Shown here: one piece after another, positions 57,616-64,000 of the stretch
Position numbering within the stretch: position 1 is the first letter of the stretch
Layout of the letters: each line of letters begins with the position of its first letter
DNA from: the human T2T-CHM13v2.0 reference genome, Homo sapiens
Direction: 5' to 3' (one strand)
Length of the DNA stretch: 64,000 bases
Assembly (NCBI RefSeq): GCF_009914755.1
Contig: NC_060926.1
Notes under the pieces: generated by a model
Database searches by the model: none
Seen by the model: only the letters and a program-made list of their open reading frames with translations
Told to the model about the DNA's origin: nothing
Translations under genes and position numbers: made by a program

Positions 57616-57741
57616 CTTGCACTAGTCTCTTAACAAAAGGAGGCAGCTCAGTCATTACATTTTAGTGTTGCATAAAACCTCTTTAGAAAGTGAAATAATT
57701 TAACACCTTTAAAGTACTTTTAAATTTCATTTAGAAGTACA

Positions 57742-57747
57742 TTTATT
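57742..57747 (-). terminator. Candidate distal polyadenylation signal AATAAA
   Basis: tttatt on plus, in unique AT-rich sequence about 2.5 kb upstream of the ICA1L start. Confidence 0.45.
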
Positions 57748-58830
57748 GAACTGTTATTTAACTTTCTATCCTTTCTATCAACATATAATACACTTATACT
57801 AAGGGGAAAAAAGGGGTTTTCCTCCATTGTATAGACTTTTACAAGCTAACTAGACAAGAACATTAGATGACTTGGAATGTAGGGCTCCACAAATGGGATC
57901 CAAACCTAGAGTCTTAGTTTCTTTAAAGACTAATGGTCTTCACTTTTGTTTTTGTGCAAACCTCTGGTTAATCTCCCAAATAAAACCTCAGTTGATATTA
58001 GAAAACACTAAAAATTATTCTACTGTTTTGTACTGTTTTACTAAGGATTAGAGGTCTATTGAATCTGACATCACACAAAAAGCTCTATTTCTTCAAGGCA
58101 TTCCAGTTTCTTTGTAATCTGTTGGATTTTACCGAAGACGTCAGGAGAAGCATTATAGGTCAGTGACAGTGGGGCCATGGAGAGCTATCTTCCCAGATAC
58201 CCAAATGAGTAATTAGATACTGCAAGCTAAACATTCTGTCTCTTCCCTACTACATTTCTGTTTATTCAAGCAAAGCTAGAAACAGTATTAGAATTAGACA
58301 CAATTCTAGAATTAGAATTATTATGATGATTTTAAATGTGAAGTGTTATCGACATCGTTTTAAAAATTATTTCCTCCCCCTGAAACCACTGAACTTCATC
58401 TGGTATTAAGTCTCAGCCATGTTATTACACTTTCACCAACTATACATAGAATTGTTTGACATGTTTCTAAACTTTGTATCAGATAGTACCTAACAAGATA
58501 CTTTCTCTGTAGTCTTTATTACTCAGATGTATGTCGCACAGCTCCATTAATTGGTTACATACCTTCACACTAGGTACTTAACCTGTCTGCATTGTGGTTT
58601 CCTTTAAATAACATGAATGACATAATTACATGAATAATAGGATAATTTCTAAAATTCATTTTTGCTTATATACAATTCCTATTAGAATATACAGAAATTG
58701 ATCTTTATACATTTATATACTATTACAGTAATACGTTTAGTGGCACGCTAAAATTGAAATTAATTTTAAAGGCAAAAAAATGCAAAGCTGAACATATTAT
58801 TGTAATTTAGTACCCACAAATGTCACTTAA

Positions 58831-64000
<5,170 letters not shown>

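Overview
Primate (almost certainly human) genomic DNA, AT-rich and dense in Alu and L1 repeats. It holds the 5' half of ICA1L (islet cell autoantigen 1-like, arfaptin-homology/BAR protein) on the minus strand: a CpG-island promoter with non-coding exon 1 (~55.1-55.2 kb), a ~42.6 kb first intron, and five coding exons (12475 down to 887). These exons splice in phase through GT-AG sites to give codons 1-228; the gene continues beyond position 1. Intron 1 contains a processed KRT8 pseudogene, a full-length L1PA7-like element with a heavily rearranged younger L1 nested in it, old L1M remnants, MaLR LTRs, DNA transposons and many Alus. The last ~6 kb is probably the long 3' UTR of the next minus-strand gene; WDR12 is recalled from synteny and no coding exon of it is in the window. 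Almost all other ORFs in the track are Alu/L1 artefacts. I see no evidence for a new gene system. The best leads are retrotransposition oddities: an Alu and KRT8 retrocopy sharing one target-site duplication, a multi-template-switch L1 with a fold-back hairpin, and an open ORF0-like frame pointing into ICA1L. Repeat subfamily names and boundaries are by eye and approximate.
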